IMG/VR virus record: IMGVR_UViG_3300014204_000020
Span: 1,183 to 65,182 of that record
DNA from: a virus
Length of the DNA stretch: 64,000 nucleotides
Strand: one strand, 5' to 3'
The notes under the pieces were generated by a model, which saw only the letters and a program-made list of their open reading frames with translations, was not told the DNA's origin and did no database searches. This document shows, piece after piece, positions 8,911 through 19,509 of the stretch. Numbering within the stretch: position 1 is the first letter of the stretch; every line of letters starts with the position of its first letter. The translations under genes were made by a program, and so were the position numbers.

Positions 8911-10986
8911 ATGGCTACCGGAACCATAGACTTCTTCGCTGACGTAGTTAACGATCCCAGGGTACAGAAGGCTAAGGGGATTACTGTACCTGCTGCCTCA
9001 GCTGCTACTCCACCTACTACTACTACTACCTCTACTACCATACCACCTACCCAACCTCAAAATGCATCCAGCTTCTTTGATGATGTGATTGCAGACTCCC
9101 GTGTACAGAAGTCATCCGCTCCTCCACCTGTTCCTCCACCTTCCAATGACCCAGGTTTCTTTGGAGCGGCATGGGGAGAACTTAAACAACTTAACCCAGT
9201 TACTGCCGTCAAAGGTATAGTAGAAGCTGGTAAGAATATTAGTGAAGCCCGCAAGGAGTACGCCAAAACTCATCCCAGCCGTGTAGATCAGGAACTATAT
9301 GAAGGCAAACTCCTATGGAACACAGCCTTAGGAATGGCAGAAGGTGTTACAGATAAAGCCAAGGAGATCTACTGGGACCTTAAACAGGGAAGAGTTAGTA
9401 CCGGAGCTGGTAAGGTTGCTGGAATTGCTGCTCCCTTTGCGGCTGGGCTTGGTGTAAAGAAGCTTATACCTGCCACTGCCAAACTGCCAAAGCAAGCTAG
9501 AACTGCCCAGAAGGCTACCACAGAAGCAGAAGCTGCCTACCAAGGTATGCGAGGTACCCTGCCTACTACCCCAATCGCAACATCCAAGGCTCAAACCGCT
9601 GCTGCTGGTAGAACCATTCAAGCAGGAGCCTGGGAAAGACGTGAGGGTGCAAGACTCAAGGCTCACCAGATCTCCAGGAAGCGATTTAAGGTTGTAGATG
9701 AGGTGATTAACCATCCATCCAACGTAGAAGGCCCTGGGTTTGCTGTCAGAGAGGCTATAACCAATCCCACAACAGGAGACATCATCAGGGAAGCAGATGT
9801 TCTTGACACCCCTATTGCCACTCCAGTTCACACAGGTCCATTCAGAGCCCAGTATGAAGCCCTAATAGATGCTGACAGAACAAGTCCATTCCCTGCCGGA
9901 CATCCAATCAGGAAGTTCATCGACAGTGTTAATCCTCAGGCTAAGTTTGATGCTGAGGGTAACCCTATAAAGATCTCCAGTAAGGGCTATGACTATATCT
10001 CATTCAAGAATCTTGATGATGCTCTAGGTGAGTTATCATTGTATACAGGCAAGGAGGGAGTATCTGCCAACCGTTACATGGGTTTGGCTAAACAACTTCT
10101 GAAGATGGCTGAACCCATAATGGAAGAGAAACTGCGTGATGCTGCTGTTGTGGCAGGCAAGGACCCAGTTAAGATTCTGCAGGCAAGAAAGGCTGCTAAG
10201 GCAGAGTATGCCAGGGCACATAGACCCTTCAAAACTGGAGGCATGGCTGCTCCCAAACAGGCATACATAGAACAACGTGCGGTCAAACGATCCGGTACTG
10301 CAGGACCTAAACCGGCAAGTTCCATACGCTCTATCAGTGGAGCTATTGAGGAGTTGCCTAAGGTAAGAGAAGAGGCGGCATTAGGTACCAAAATAACTAA
10401 AACCGGCAGCCTTACGGATAAGAAGTGGATCAAATATTACACCTCCGACCCAGGCAACCTTAGAAATCTATTGAGTGTTCCTGGTGGCCCCACTCCTCCT
10501 GAGGTACTCAGTCACCTCATTGACCACATCCACAGAAACAAGAAATATAATACCTGGAGTAAACTGGACCCTGATGTTGTAACAGAGCTTACACTGCATA
10601 ATCCCGACTTAGCCAACACCATCCCTGCCATATTCAAGCAACTGGAAGAGGCAAGCAAACTGTGGGATGCCCCTATAGTAGATGGAGCACTCAACAAGGC
10701 TTTAAATGCCATACAAGGTATTCATAAAATCAGGGGTGTCCGAAGCCTACCTGGAGTCAGTGCGGTAACTTTCCCTGCAGATATACTAAGTATAGTATTG
10801 CAACGTCCAGAGTCTGCCCGTAGACTAAACCAGAGTTTACGTACTCAGTTGGCACGTATTCCACTTACTACCAGGGTAGCTAGAGGAGCAGCTGTGGGTG
10901 CTCAAGCTTCTCCACTTAGTATACCCTTAAGCAAGGCAGCCGAGGCAACGTCTCCACCTGAGACTAATAAAATGGCAGGAGATTAA
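8911..10986 (+). CDS. Putative internal virion / ejection protein
   Basis: A/K-rich; internal repeat FFADVVNDPRVQK / FFDDVIADSRVQK; context. Confidence 0.5.
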   Translation: MATGTIDFFADVVNDPRVQKAKGITVPAASAATPPTTTTTSTTIPPTQPQNASSFFDDVIADSRVQKSSAPPPVPPPSNDPGFFGAAWGELKQLNPVTAVKGIVEAGKNISEARKEYAKTHPSRVDQELYEGKLLWNTALGMAEGVTDKAKEIYWDLKQGRVSTGAGKVAGIAAPFAAGLGVKKLIPATAKLPKQARTAQKATTEAEAAYQGMRGTLPTTPIATSKAQTAAAGRTIQAGAWERREGARLKAHQISRKRFKVVDEVINHPSNVEGPGFAVREAITNPTTGDIIREADVLDTPIATPVHTGPFRAQYEALIDADRTSPFPAGHPIRKFIDSVNPQAKFDAEGNPIKISSKGYDYISFKNLDDALGELSLYTGKEGVSANRYMGLAKQLLKMAEPIMEEKLRDAAVVAGKDPVKILQARKAAKAEYARAHRPFKTGGMAAPKQAYIEQRAVKRSGTAGPKPASSIRSISGAIEELPKVREEAALGTKITKTGSLTDKKWIKYYTSDPGNLRNLLSVPGGPTPPEVLSHLIDHIHRNKKYNTWSKLDPDVVTELTLHNPDLANTIPAIFKQLEEASKLWDAPIVDGALNKALNAIQGIHKIRGVRSLPGVSAVTFPADILSIVLQRPESARRLNQSLRTQLARIPLTTRVARGAAVGAQASPLSIPLSKAAEATSPPETNKMAGD

Positions 10987-10988
10987 TA

Positions 10989-13900
10989 ATGTCATCCCCA
11001 ACCAATGCCCTTGGAGCAGTCAGACTTCCATCCTACTTCAATGACCCAAGGAAGAGAGAACAGAACCTGCCACCTGTTAACACAGTGGAACCTGCCATCC
11101 CTACACCACCTCCAGGATTACCCTCACTCCAGACTCCAATGGCAGAGTCTCAGCTTCAAACTGTAAGGAAGGCAATTCCAAAGGTCCGCAAGTTTGTCTC
11201 CAGTCCTCCGACACAACAACGCGAGATGCTCCCCAAGGGTGTGCAGCAGGCAGGTGCAGGAGCCATGCGTGGAGTCAGTGAGCTTGGCAACGAGATGGCT
11301 ACTCCACAAGGGATGGCAGGGTTGGTTGCCATTACTGCTCTTACTGGTCTACCTCCTGGTCCAGTGCTATCCCTGCTTAAGGCAGGCTTATCATATGCTG
11401 CCATTAAACAATTAGAAGACACAGTTCCAGAGGCGTGGGAGGCATTTAAGGTAGGAGACGTAGAAGAAGGAACCAGACTTGCTACACATGCTACTGCTCA
11501 GGCTGGTATGGCTGCAGGCATCCCAGCTATTAAAGGTAAACTTCCAGTAAATCCTGAAGCGGCGGCTGGGGGACTTAGTAGAGCCTTAAGAGGGTTGGGT
11601 GGAGAGGAAGGGTTCATACGCATTAAGTTCTTCGACCGTAAAGGTAAGGAGCTTCCTGCGTCACGTACTGTCAGTGGCCTTGAGCCTGCATCCTATGGAG
11701 AAGTTACTCCATCAGGGAGAGTCCCAGAGGCTGCCAAAGCTGAAGTCACAGTTGAGGCACTCCCAGTAGGTAAACCTGCATATGAGTATGGCACCTTATA
11801 TAAAGCTCTACGTGACAGTGGAGTAAATATAGATCCACGTAATATCACTCTAGTATCCAAGCTGACAGGTGAAAAGCAGCCTTTGCCATTCACGGAGTTT
11901 GAACAGATATACCCTGTAACATCTAAGGCTGCCACTGTGCCTAAGACAGCTGGTGGGAGTGTCAGCTATAAGTCAGGAGGTATGCCTGCAGCTGAACCTA
12001 CTGAGTTTGCCAAGTGGCAAGCCAAAGGGGTATCTGCATCCAGGTCTATGACTCGTAAGGGGACTACTGATAAACCTATTGTACCTCCTAAAACGCCTGT
12101 TACTCCACCTATATCCAGTGGTGCTCCTAAACTTTCTCAACAGTTTCAACAGCTTGAGACTATGTTCCCTGATGCTACACCAGAGCAGATAATTCAGATG
12201 GTGCAGATAGCCAGAGGTAAAGGAGGAGATATTACTCCACCTACGCCTGTTGCACCTACCGCTCCTGCTGCTCCGGTTACACCAACTATTAAACCAGAAC
12301 CTACTCCAACACCTATAACTCCTGTGAAGATAGCTGAATCTCCCTTACCTACTGAGCCACCTACTGCAACCATTGAGCCTCCTACTCCAGTTACACCTCA
12401 ACCTGTTGTTAAGAGCAAACCCTTATCAACCAAGGAAATCCCTTCCTCTAATGACATAGAAGCCGCCATCAAGAAGGGAGAGATTGTCAACTTCCAAGGG
12501 TTGAGAGGTGGTGGTGGACTACTCATGGACCGCCTGCCTGGAACAGACCTATTTACCTACATGCCTGAACGTGGATACAAAGGTGGCGATCTACCCATGG
12601 TCCACTCAAAGGACATTGTGTCTGTAAGTGAGAATGTTCATAGGGTAAAGGCCAGGACAGAACAATTTAGAAACGTAGGTAAGACAGTAAAGATGCTGAA
12701 ACCCATGGAGCAGAAGGACCGCTATATTCTGCATAAGGGTGGAGGAACTGTTGTAAAGACGAGCGAGAAGAAGTTGAGTAATGCAGAAGTAGGGAAGTTG
12801 GTAGAGGAGCTGACCAGGAAATCCGTTGCTGGCGACACAGCTGCAACCAATGAACTTAAGCTTATAGCTAAGAACCGTAATCCTTATGGTGGACTTACTA
12901 AGTATACAGTAGCTTATGGTAAGGACTTTGAACCTATATCTGCTCAACACCTTGGCAAGGAAGGCCCGCAGAAGAAGGGGTTTCAGCATAAGGAGGCACT
13001 GGCTATTGCAGGGCAGCGTCAGTATAAGGAGGCTGCTGAACTGGAGTTCAGGCAGGATGTTGAGGAGATCAGACGGCAACTGGGGGCCAAGAAGCAGAAG
13101 CCTTACACCAAAGCTCCCAGTACTATTGAAGTATATGAAAGCGAACTTGAGCCCACAAGTAAGACAATGGCACCCACTAAGCGTCAACCGTCTCGTGCTG
13201 TCTTCCCGGAGACTCTTAAGGAGAGGGATGCTGTAGTAGAGAAGATGGCAGCCTCTAAGGGACCACAACCTCAACCTACTATCTATGACGCTCCTCTGTC
13301 TGCAGGTACTACTGTGTCTCCCAAAAAGCCTGCAAGTAGTCTGGCAGAAATCCCACCTGAACGTTTAAGCAAAGCACAGATCCAGGCTCAGATTGATTCG
13401 TATAGAAAGCAGGCAGCCGAAGCATGGAATGAGTACATGCAACTTAAACGTACTCCAGGACTTGCCAAGAAGACAGGTACTCCTATTCCATCTGCTGTTT
13501 CCACCGAAGCCAGAGTTTTGCGTACCAAAGCATTCAACCTTAGGAATCGTGCAGAGTCTCTAAAGCAGCAACTTGGTAAGGCTGCTGCAGAACCATTGCG
13601 CTTCAAGCCTAAGGTTGATGCTACTTATAAGGGTCAACGCAAGGATGTCATGAAGTCAGAGAAGGAAATGGTGTCTGCTCCTGTGAGTACCCTATCCAGG
13701 GTTCTCGACAACTATCATACGGAGCTTAAATCTCTGGAAGCCCAGGAAGCCAAGCAGGGATTCAGGCTAAGGCAGGCTGACTCACTACGTGCAAAGATCC
13801 ATAGGATAATGGGCAGTACTCCCGACATTCCTCCTCCACCAGGCGGCAGTGCCAAGGTAACTACCCCTACCTCTGCTAAGCCCTACACAGTCCCAGACTT

Positions 13901-14186
13901 CTCCAAGATGTACCCTTCTCAGGTCCGTGCTTGGGGAGAGAAGCAGGTTAAAGCCATTGGTAAGAAGGGTTTTGAAGAACGCAGGTCATTTAATAGGCAG
14001 GCATTGGATACTACCATAGGTGAGTCCAATGCAAAAATTCTCAATGAGTACTACAACCAGCTTCGTGGGATCGAAGCCATAGAGAAGACCATGGGTAAGC
14101 CTACAAAGATTGGTAATGACATAAGAAGTAAGATATCTGAATTGGAGCAGGCACCGAATATACCACCACCCCCCGCAAAGAAGTAG
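10989..14186 (+). CDS. Large Pro/Lys-rich putative internal virion protein
   Basis: 1065 aa with P/T-rich linkers; context. Confidence 0.45.
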   Translation: MSSPTNALGAVRLPSYFNDPRKREQNLPPVNTVEPAIPTPPPGLPSLQTPMAESQLQTVRKAIPKVRKFVSSPPTQQREMLPKGVQQAGAGAMRGVSELGNEMATPQGMAGLVAITALTGLPPGPVLSLLKAGLSYAAIKQLEDTVPEAWEAFKVGDVEEGTRLATHATAQAGMAAGIPAIKGKLPVNPEAAAGGLSRALRGLGGEEGFIRIKFFDRKGKELPASRTVSGLEPASYGEVTPSGRVPEAAKAEVTVEALPVGKPAYEYGTLYKALRDSGVNIDPRNITLVSKLTGEKQPLPFTEFEQIYPVTSKAATVPKTAGGSVSYKSGGMPAAEPTEFAKWQAKGVSASRSMTRKGTTDKPIVPPKTPVTPPISSGAPKLSQQFQQLETMFPDATPEQIIQMVQIARGKGGDITPPTPVAPTAPAAPVTPTIKPEPTPTPITPVKIAESPLPTEPPTATIEPPTPVTPQPVVKSKPLSTKEIPSSNDIEAAIKKGEIVNFQGLRGGGGLLMDRLPGTDLFTYMPERGYKGGDLPMVHSKDIVSVSENVHRVKARTEQFRNVGKTVKMLKPMEQKDRYILHKGGGTVVKTSEKKLSNAEVGKLVEELTRKSVAGDTAATNELKLIAKNRNPYGGLTKYTVAYGKDFEPISAQHLGKEGPQKKGFQHKEALAIAGQRQYKEAAELEFRQDVEEIRRQLGAKKQKPYTKAPSTIEVYESELEPTSKTMAPTKRQPSRAVFPETLKERDAVVEKMAASKGPQPQPTIYDAPLSAGTTVSPKKPASSLAEIPPERLSKAQIQAQIDSYRKQAAEAWNEYMQLKRTPGLAKKTGTPIPSAVSTEARVLRTKAFNLRNRAESLKQQLGKAAAEPLRFKPKVDATYKGQRKDVMKSEKEMVSAPVSTLSRVLDNYHTELKSLEAQEAKQGFRLRQADSLRAKIHRIMGSTPDIPPPPGGSAKVTTPTSAKPYTVPDFSKMYPSQVRAWGEKQVKAIGKKGFEERRSFNRQALDTTIGESNAKILNEYYNQLRGIEAIEKTMGKPTKIGNDIRSKISELEQAPNIPPPPAKK

Positions 14187-14194
14187 GAGATTCC

Positions 14195-14518
14195 ATGTCC
14201 AGTGAGTTTTTTGTAGATGCAGGAAAGATTGTAGTTAGTGCAATAGTAGGTGGAGCTTTGACAGCAGCCACGGCCCTACCTATGTTTAACATCAAACTCA
14301 CAAAATTGGCAGGAGAGGTAAGGTCAATGAAGGAGTCATGTGCAGTATGTAAAGCAGGGACAGAGAAATCCCTGACCACCCTTGATACGGAGGTCAGGGC
14401 ACACCATGAAGATGATGAGAAGCATTACACCAGGGCCTCAGACAAACTCATGAACGATATTCTCACCAGGGTTATGCGCATTGAAAGTAAACTGTTCAAT
14501 GGGCATCGTGAATCTTAA
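14195..14518 (+). CDS. Small membrane protein (holin-like?)
   Basis: N-terminal hydrophobic helix followed by a coiled-coil tail; AGGAG RBS. Confidence 0.4.
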   Translation: MSSEFFVDAGKIVVSAIVGGALTAATALPMFNIKLTKLAGEVRSMKESCAVCKAGTEKSLTTLDTEVRAHHEDDEKHYTRASDKLMNDILTRVMRIESKLFNGHRES

Positions 14519-15218
14519 ACAGCTCATAATACTCCGGCGACCCCCCATCGCAGCCCCATTTCTCTTTGAAGTATTGCCTGTTCTTGTCAGCCTGCTTAAG
14601 AACAGCTTCCTGTTCCTCAGGAGGCATGTTGTTTACCGTTGCACTACCTACATGGTAGAAGGGTATATCTATGCAGTGGGCATCAACACCTGCCTTGTGT
14701 AGACGAACGTGAAAATCCCAGTCTTCGCAAAAGGCAGTCTCGAACTTCTCATCAAACCTTCCTACTTTATCCCATACCTCCCTACGTATAAGGTAGCAGC
14801 TGAAGTCAGGGTTGGGACGCTTGCCACCAGGTACTGTGGTTGCCAGCATCTCCTTGTCATCAACCCCCACTGCGGTCACAAACCCTCCACCATCTTCCAG
14901 TAGTAATCGGTAAGTGTCGGGTCTTAGTTCTACATCGTTGTTGCATACCAGGACATGAGCATTTGGTTCCTGAGGCAGGTTGCCGAATAGTAACGTTAGC
15001 CCTCTATTCCATGATTGTGCAACACTGTATGGTGGGGTCTGGTATAAGGTTACTACTTTAGGATACATAGTACGCGCCCACTCTGCAGTACCATCTGTTG
15101 AACCGTTGTTTAGTAATAGTACTCTTACTTCAGGAATGTCCTGCTTAATGAACGTCTTCACTGCTGCCTTTGTCAGGTGTACGTTGTTGTGTACTGGTAC
15201 TAGAATCCAGTTGATCAT
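14496..15218 (-). CDS. Glycosyltransferase family 2
   Basis: ILVPVHN, LLNNGSTDGT, VCNNDV, GRFDEKF...EDWDF; start placed at MINW because of TAATG coupling. Confidence 0.9.
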   Translation of the reverse strand: MINWILVPVHNNVHLTKAAVKTFIKQDIPEVRVLLLNNGSTDGTAEWARTMYPKVVTLYQTPPYSVAQSWNRGLTLLFGNLPQEPNAHVLVCNNDVELRPDTYRLLLEDGGGFVTAVGVDDKEMLATTVPGGKRPNPDFSCYLIRREVWDKVGRFDEKFETAFCEDWDFHVRLHKAGVDAHCIDIPFYHVGSATVNNMPPEEQEAVLKQADKNRQYFKEKWGCDGGSPEYYELFKIHDAH

Positions 15219-15757
15219 TATTTTATTGCCTCCATTCCACATATGTACCAATCATTTGCAATATCAGCCCCCTCAATAGGCCTGAAGTCAAACCTCTTAA
15301 CATCGGCCCACGCCCACTTTCTTAGGTGTGTGTTTAGTGAGTCAGGTGTAAAGCCCCACTTATGTCTATCAGCCTCATCTCCCATGTATGCACCATATAC
15401 ATTAGTGAAGTATATCTGATCTGTTACTCTGCCAACCAACCACCCTTTGGCAAGCTCCTTCATGTCTGGGACAGTGATGATCAATGACCCACCTGGGGCC
15501 AGCAGTTCATAGCAATCATCAATCAGTTTATCAGACTCGCCACATCCAAAGTGTTCCAGTACATGGTGAAGTACAATCATTTGCACCGGAGCTGCCCACC
15601 CCTTATAAGCACATAAGTTATCTATCCACCAGCACCCAGCTTTCTCAGTAGGCTCCTTCCATTTATTCTGTATATCAGTATTAAAGAAGGGGGGTTTGAA
15701 TGGACGTTGCCCACTCCCTATATTTAGATAGACAGGCATTCGTTTACTTTCTTCCAT
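15218..15757 (-). CDS. Class I SAM-dependent methyltransferase
   Basis: LNIGSG motif I, HHVLEHF, LAPGGSLIITVPD. Confidence 0.85.
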   Translation of the reverse strand: MEESKRMPVYLNIGSGQRPFKPPFFNTDIQNKWKEPTEKAGCWWIDNLCAYKGWAAPVQMIVLHHVLEHFGCGESDKLIDDCYELLAPGGSLIITVPDMKELAKGWLVGRVTDQIYFTNVYGAYMGDEADRHKWGFTPDSLNTHLRKWAWADVKRFDFRPIEGADIANDWYICGMEAIK

Positions 15758-16599
15758 GTTTCCTCCAGTCCTTGCTTATCGTCCCACTCCCACCCTTCGT
15801 ACCCATCTACCAGGTACAATTTCTCTCCATCCATAATAAAATTCCATGGGGCTACATCACCATGATGCTGTGTTGGTAAGTTGAAATTGAAAATGGATTT
15901 CAAAATCGACTCTCTTGTTGGTCTGCATCCACCCAGTTTGCAGAAGTTCCATAGGTTGATGCCAGGTACCCATACCTTATCACCTTTGCCTTTTAGGTGT
16001 GCGATAGAGTCAGTATAAGATGGATGGATGATAGTAGCTGCACTATCCTGGTGTGCCTCTATGTGAGTCCTGGTAAGCAGGAACTCACAATCATGATTGT
16101 CAAAGTGAAACAATGGCCTGGGTAAGTGTTGAGGAAATTGAACCGTCTCTGCTACCAATTTCCCTCCATACATATTACACATATAGTTAAGTCCATCAAT
16201 CACCTCACCAAACCCAGGCACTCCTTCTGGCTCTTGGCGTGATGGGATCTGTATAAACACATCTGCCCCCATGGACATAACCTGAGCAGCTGCATCCCCA
16301 TACTCCTCCTTCGGGAAGTGGTGCAGGAAGTTGAACGCTATAACCACATCGAAGTACTCACTGTTAGCAAGTAACTTCAACTCCTTAAGGTTGAAGTGTT
16401 TTCGTAACCACACAAGGTTACTTCCAGCATAGTCCATACAAGCCTGATCCTGCTCTACCATCACTACCACTGCGTCATAATCCAGTGCTATCCTTTGGGC
16501 TATAAGAGGGTTTATGCCTGCACCTAAGTCCAGGACAGTAAACTTCCTATGGTACTTATCTAAGTAAGGTTTAAGCAGTTCATACCTCTCCATGGTCAT
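15724..16599 (-). CDS. SAM methyltransferase with a C-terminal kinase-like catalytic loop
   Basis: VLDLGAG, FDVVIAFNFLHH; C-terminal HGDVAPWNFIMDGEKLYLVD. Confidence 0.7.
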   Translation of the reverse strand: MTMERYELLKPYLDKYHRKFTVLDLGAGINPLIAQRIALDYDAVVVMVEQDQACMDYAGSNLVWLRKHFNLKELKLLANSEYFDVVIAFNFLHHFPKEEYGDAAAQVMSMGADVFIQIPSRQEPEGVPGFGEVIDGLNYMCNMYGGKLVAETVQFPQHLPRPLFHFDNHDCEFLLTRTHIEAHQDSAATIIHPSYTDSIAHLKGKGDKVWVPGINLWNFCKLGGCRPTRESILKSIFNFNLPTQHHGDVAPWNFIMDGEKLYLVDGYEGWEWDDKQGLEETWKKVNECLSI

Positions 16600-17132
16600 A
16601 GCTTTACCATCCTTCCCAGTCCATGAGTTACTGTAGAAACATCGTCATACACCCATCTATTGGCTGAGGCAAACTCCTTAATAGCCTCAGTCATATGATT
16701 ATACACTCCCCATATCCAGGTGTCGTGAAACAACCATACTGTTGAGCTACATGCTATGGGGTGCCATAGTGCAAGCTCTGCCTGCATGTGCTCATAATAA
16801 TGATCTGTGTCAATGAATATTAGTCCAGGAGCCCGTGGTCCACATAAGGCTACCACCTTGTTAAAAGTGTCAGGGTCCCTGGAGTCTCCTTGTACCATGT
16901 GCCACCATGGTACGGAAGGTCTATACTTAGCCGGGATGTTAAGGTCTACTGAGATATGCAACTTATCCAAGCTTGCACATTGCTGTAACCCTTCCTCAAA
17001 GGCTATAGTAGACCCCTGACCCGTGCCGGTTCCGATCTCCAGTACAAATCCGTTTGATAGTCTGGCGGCACTTCTTAAGTCCGGGATGAAGTTTGCTATT
17101 CCACTATCTCCACCATACTCAAAGTCCACCAT
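16596..17132 (-). CDS. Class I SAM methyltransferase (Methyltransf_24-like)
   Basis: VLEIGTGTGQGST, SVD, QGDS, LIFIDTDHYY, LFHDT. Confidence 0.85.
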   Translation of the reverse strand: MVDFEYGGDSGIANFIPDLRSAARLSNGFVLEIGTGTGQGSTIAFEEGLQQCASLDKLHISVDLNIPAKYRPSVPWWHMVQGDSRDPDTFNKVVALCGPRAPGLIFIDTDHYYEHMQAELALWHPIACSSTVWLFHDTWIWGVYNHMTEAIKEFASANRWVYDDVSTVTHGLGRMVKL

Positions 17133-17133
17133 A

Positions 17134-17805
17134 TTAGAACCTTTCTATTACCATTAGTGTGTTGTCATTGATAGGTTGTCCTCCCTCTGCAATCCAGTCA
17201 GGAGGAGTTGTCAGTGTCATCCCAAGTTGGTGACATATATGAGCGCCTGCAGTTTGATCATGCCTATGACCGACTACTCTGGGATCAGTAGACCCACCAT
17301 CATGCGGTCCATTGAATGCCCCTCTGAATGCAAGGTCTCTCCAGCGGGAGAACCACTCCTGGGCTATGGGTTGCCTTAGGTTAAGTCCAAATGAGGTGGC
17401 TATGATCTGAGGAACCTTGAATGACTCTTCTCTGGTGGTGCCCAATATAGGTAAGGCAGCATCACAGCACCACTCACCATTGGTATAGCCATAGTTTTTG
17501 CTGAACCAGTAACCTTGAGACTCTATTAGGTCCCATAACTCATCCAGTGGTTTAATGGGTACAATAGAAGAGTCGCACCATAGTATTATTTCAGCTCCCA
17601 TACTATGGACAAGTTCTATGGCATCCACCTTGAAACTGTAAGGTGACACAGGTACCAAGGCAGGGGGACATATGCCGTCCCAATGTACTATTACTTCATT
17701 AGGAGTAACTATCCTTATCAACCTATGAAGGTTGTTGACGAACCTTATGTCGCCAAACCCTACACTAACTATGGCCTTCTTTATTGCATCTTTCACCACG
17801 TACAT
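17134..17805 (-). CDS. GT-A fold nucleotide-diphospho-sugar transferase
   Basis: PYSFK, ILWCDSS (DxD-like), GHRHDQT. Confidence 0.65.
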   Translation of the reverse strand: MYVVKDAIKKAIVSVGFGDIRFVNNLHRLIRIVTPNEVIVHWDGICPPALVPVSPYSFKVDAIELVHSMGAEIILWCDSSIVPIKPLDELWDLIESQGYWFSKNYGYTNGEWCCDAALPILGTTREESFKVPQIIATSFGLNLRQPIAQEWFSRWRDLAFRGAFNGPHDGGSTDPRVVGHRHDQTAGAHICHQLGMTLTTPPDWIAEGGQPINDNTLMVIERF

Positions 17806-18439
17806 CCCCCAGTATTATCAACCCTCTGTCCATTCGTTCGCGTGAGTCTTGTTTTTGGTACACCTCATCATAGGGTACGGTGGTACCTATCCAGTGCTTA
17901 TGTTGAAACGTCAGGTGACGGGCGTCTACTACTACCTCATCTGATCTAGCCTGCTCTGTGAACCATACGTCACAGTACATGCTCTCAAACTTTGGATGGA
18001 ATACATAACCATAACGATTGTAGTATGAGCGTGTTAGGATGCTTATGAATAGGCAGCGCATCCACTCATCATCCATGGGGGAGGTGCCTGACTTTACCTC
18101 TGCTACCTTCTCGTTGGTCAGGTTACCCAGTACTTTAAGTAGTTCAGTATCCCAGTGTGGTGGAGTGTATATGTCATCTGCCACTGTAATGATAACCTTG
18201 CCGGTGGAGTGAGCAGCTGCAAGGTTCCAGGCATCCACACAACACTGTCTACCTTTATTCTCTACCAGTATGATAGGTGGTTCAGCAGTTACCTGTGTAA
18301 TATCTGCTGAGTCTACTGCCAGTATATACTCAATGGCTTCAGGATTATCTGCATGAGCCATCCAGTCATCATGCGCAGGCTTCCATCCGGATGGTAACCT
18401 TGCTGTGGCATGGCACAGAGAGAAGGTAGGGTTACTCAT
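17765..18439 (-). CDS. Glycosyltransferase (GT2-like)
   Basis: SLCHATAR, EYILAVDSAD, AWNLAA...ADD, MYCD; start placed at MSNP. Confidence 0.75.
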   Translation of the reverse strand: MSNPTFSLCHATARLPSGWKPAHDDWMAHADNPEAIEYILAVDSADITQVTAEPPIILVENKGRQCCVDAWNLAAAHSTGKVIITVADDIYTPPHWDTELLKVLGNLTNEKVAEVKSGTSPMDDEWMRCLFISILTRSYYNRYGYVFHPKFESMYCDVWFTEQARSDEVVVDARHLTFQHKHWIGTTVPYDEVYQKQDSRERMDRGLIILGDVRGERCNKEGHS

Positions 18440-19133
18440 AGTATACTCCAGGTACTCTGGTAGACATGGCCTCAATGCCGACACAAGGTCTACCTTGAGT
18501 GTCGGTAAGGCCACAGTTATATACTACGTCAGGTTGGATACTGCCTACTAAGAATCCATAATCCACAATACGTCTGCAGAATGCGTAATCTTCAGACTGG
18601 TTGGTGCCCTTTGCATTAGCATCGTAGGGACCATAATCATCCCAGGTTTCCCAGGACATTAAGTGACCTATGCCTTGGACGGCATCTGTCTCTGATACCA
18701 CATACTTGATTATGCCGGAAGGAGTCCACACTCCACTTGGTTGATGATAAGGATGCCTGTACGGACCAAGAAGCTTGAACCTATCCGGCCTGGCCTGTAA
18801 GGCAGTTACCAATTTCTCATCCCACCCCTCAGTATAGTATCCATCATTGTCCATTACATATAGGTACTCACCTCTGCCAAACATCTTCTCTGACCAGTAT
18901 ACTCCCAGATTTTTTAGGCGTCCTAGTACACCACAGTCCCCAAGTATACTAAGGACACTAACCTTAGAATAGTGATCGTTCCTAAGCCTACAAAGCATCC
19001 CATGAGTCAGTAGAGCACTATTATCATCCACAATAGTAAGAGTCCAATCAAGCTTACTGTTTCTTAGGAACGTCTCCAGACACTGCGACGTCAGCCTGGG
19101 TCGGTTCTTTACTATCATTACTGCGTTTAACAC
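18432..19133 (-). CDS. Glycosyltransferase family 2
   Basis: IVDDNS, YVMDNDG, GPYD...SEDYAFCRR. Confidence 0.85.
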   Translation of the reverse strand: MLNAVMIVKNRPRLTSQCLETFLRNSKLDWTLTIVDDNSALLTHGMLCRLRNDHYSKVSVLSILGDCGVLGRLKNLGVYWSEKMFGRGEYLYVMDNDGYYTEGWDEKLVTALQARPDRFKLLGPYRHPYHQPSGVWTPSGIIKYVVSETDAVQGIGHLMSWETWDDYGPYDANAKGTNQSEDYAFCRRIVDYGFLVGSIQPDVVYNCGLTDTQGRPCVGIEAMSTRVPGVYYE

Positions 19134-19317
19134 GTTCCGCCTCCTTTTTATATTCCATGTCTGCGGCTCTTACGCCATCACCAAAGCCGCGTTTGTATTC
19201 AGCCTGCAACCTGTTGACTACCTCTGCTGCGAATGTACACCAGGGGCACTCTGTACCTGTGTACATGAAAGGTTGTACGTGGTTGGGGCATATACTAAGC
19301 TTTGATTCTTCCATTGG

Positions 19318-19506
19318 TTACTCCTCCCTCTCTATTCGTGATCCAATTACTAATCTACGAAATATTTCATCACTCCCACACAACATCCAGCACTTCCACT
19401 CTTCATCCCAACGTGCAGGCTGCCATGCTTCATCATCCGAATCTGAGAATTTTACCCAATAATATTCTCCGTCATTCAGGCCTTTATTTATTTTGGGCTT
19501 TGCCAT
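19318..19506 (-). CDS. Hypothetical protein
   Basis: Co-oriented small ORF (GEYYWVK); RBS upstream. Confidence 0.6.
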   Translation of the reverse strand: MAKPKINKGLNDGEYYWVKFSDSDDEAWQPARWDEEWKCWMLCGSDEIFRRLVIGSRIEREE

Positions 19507-19509
19507 TGG

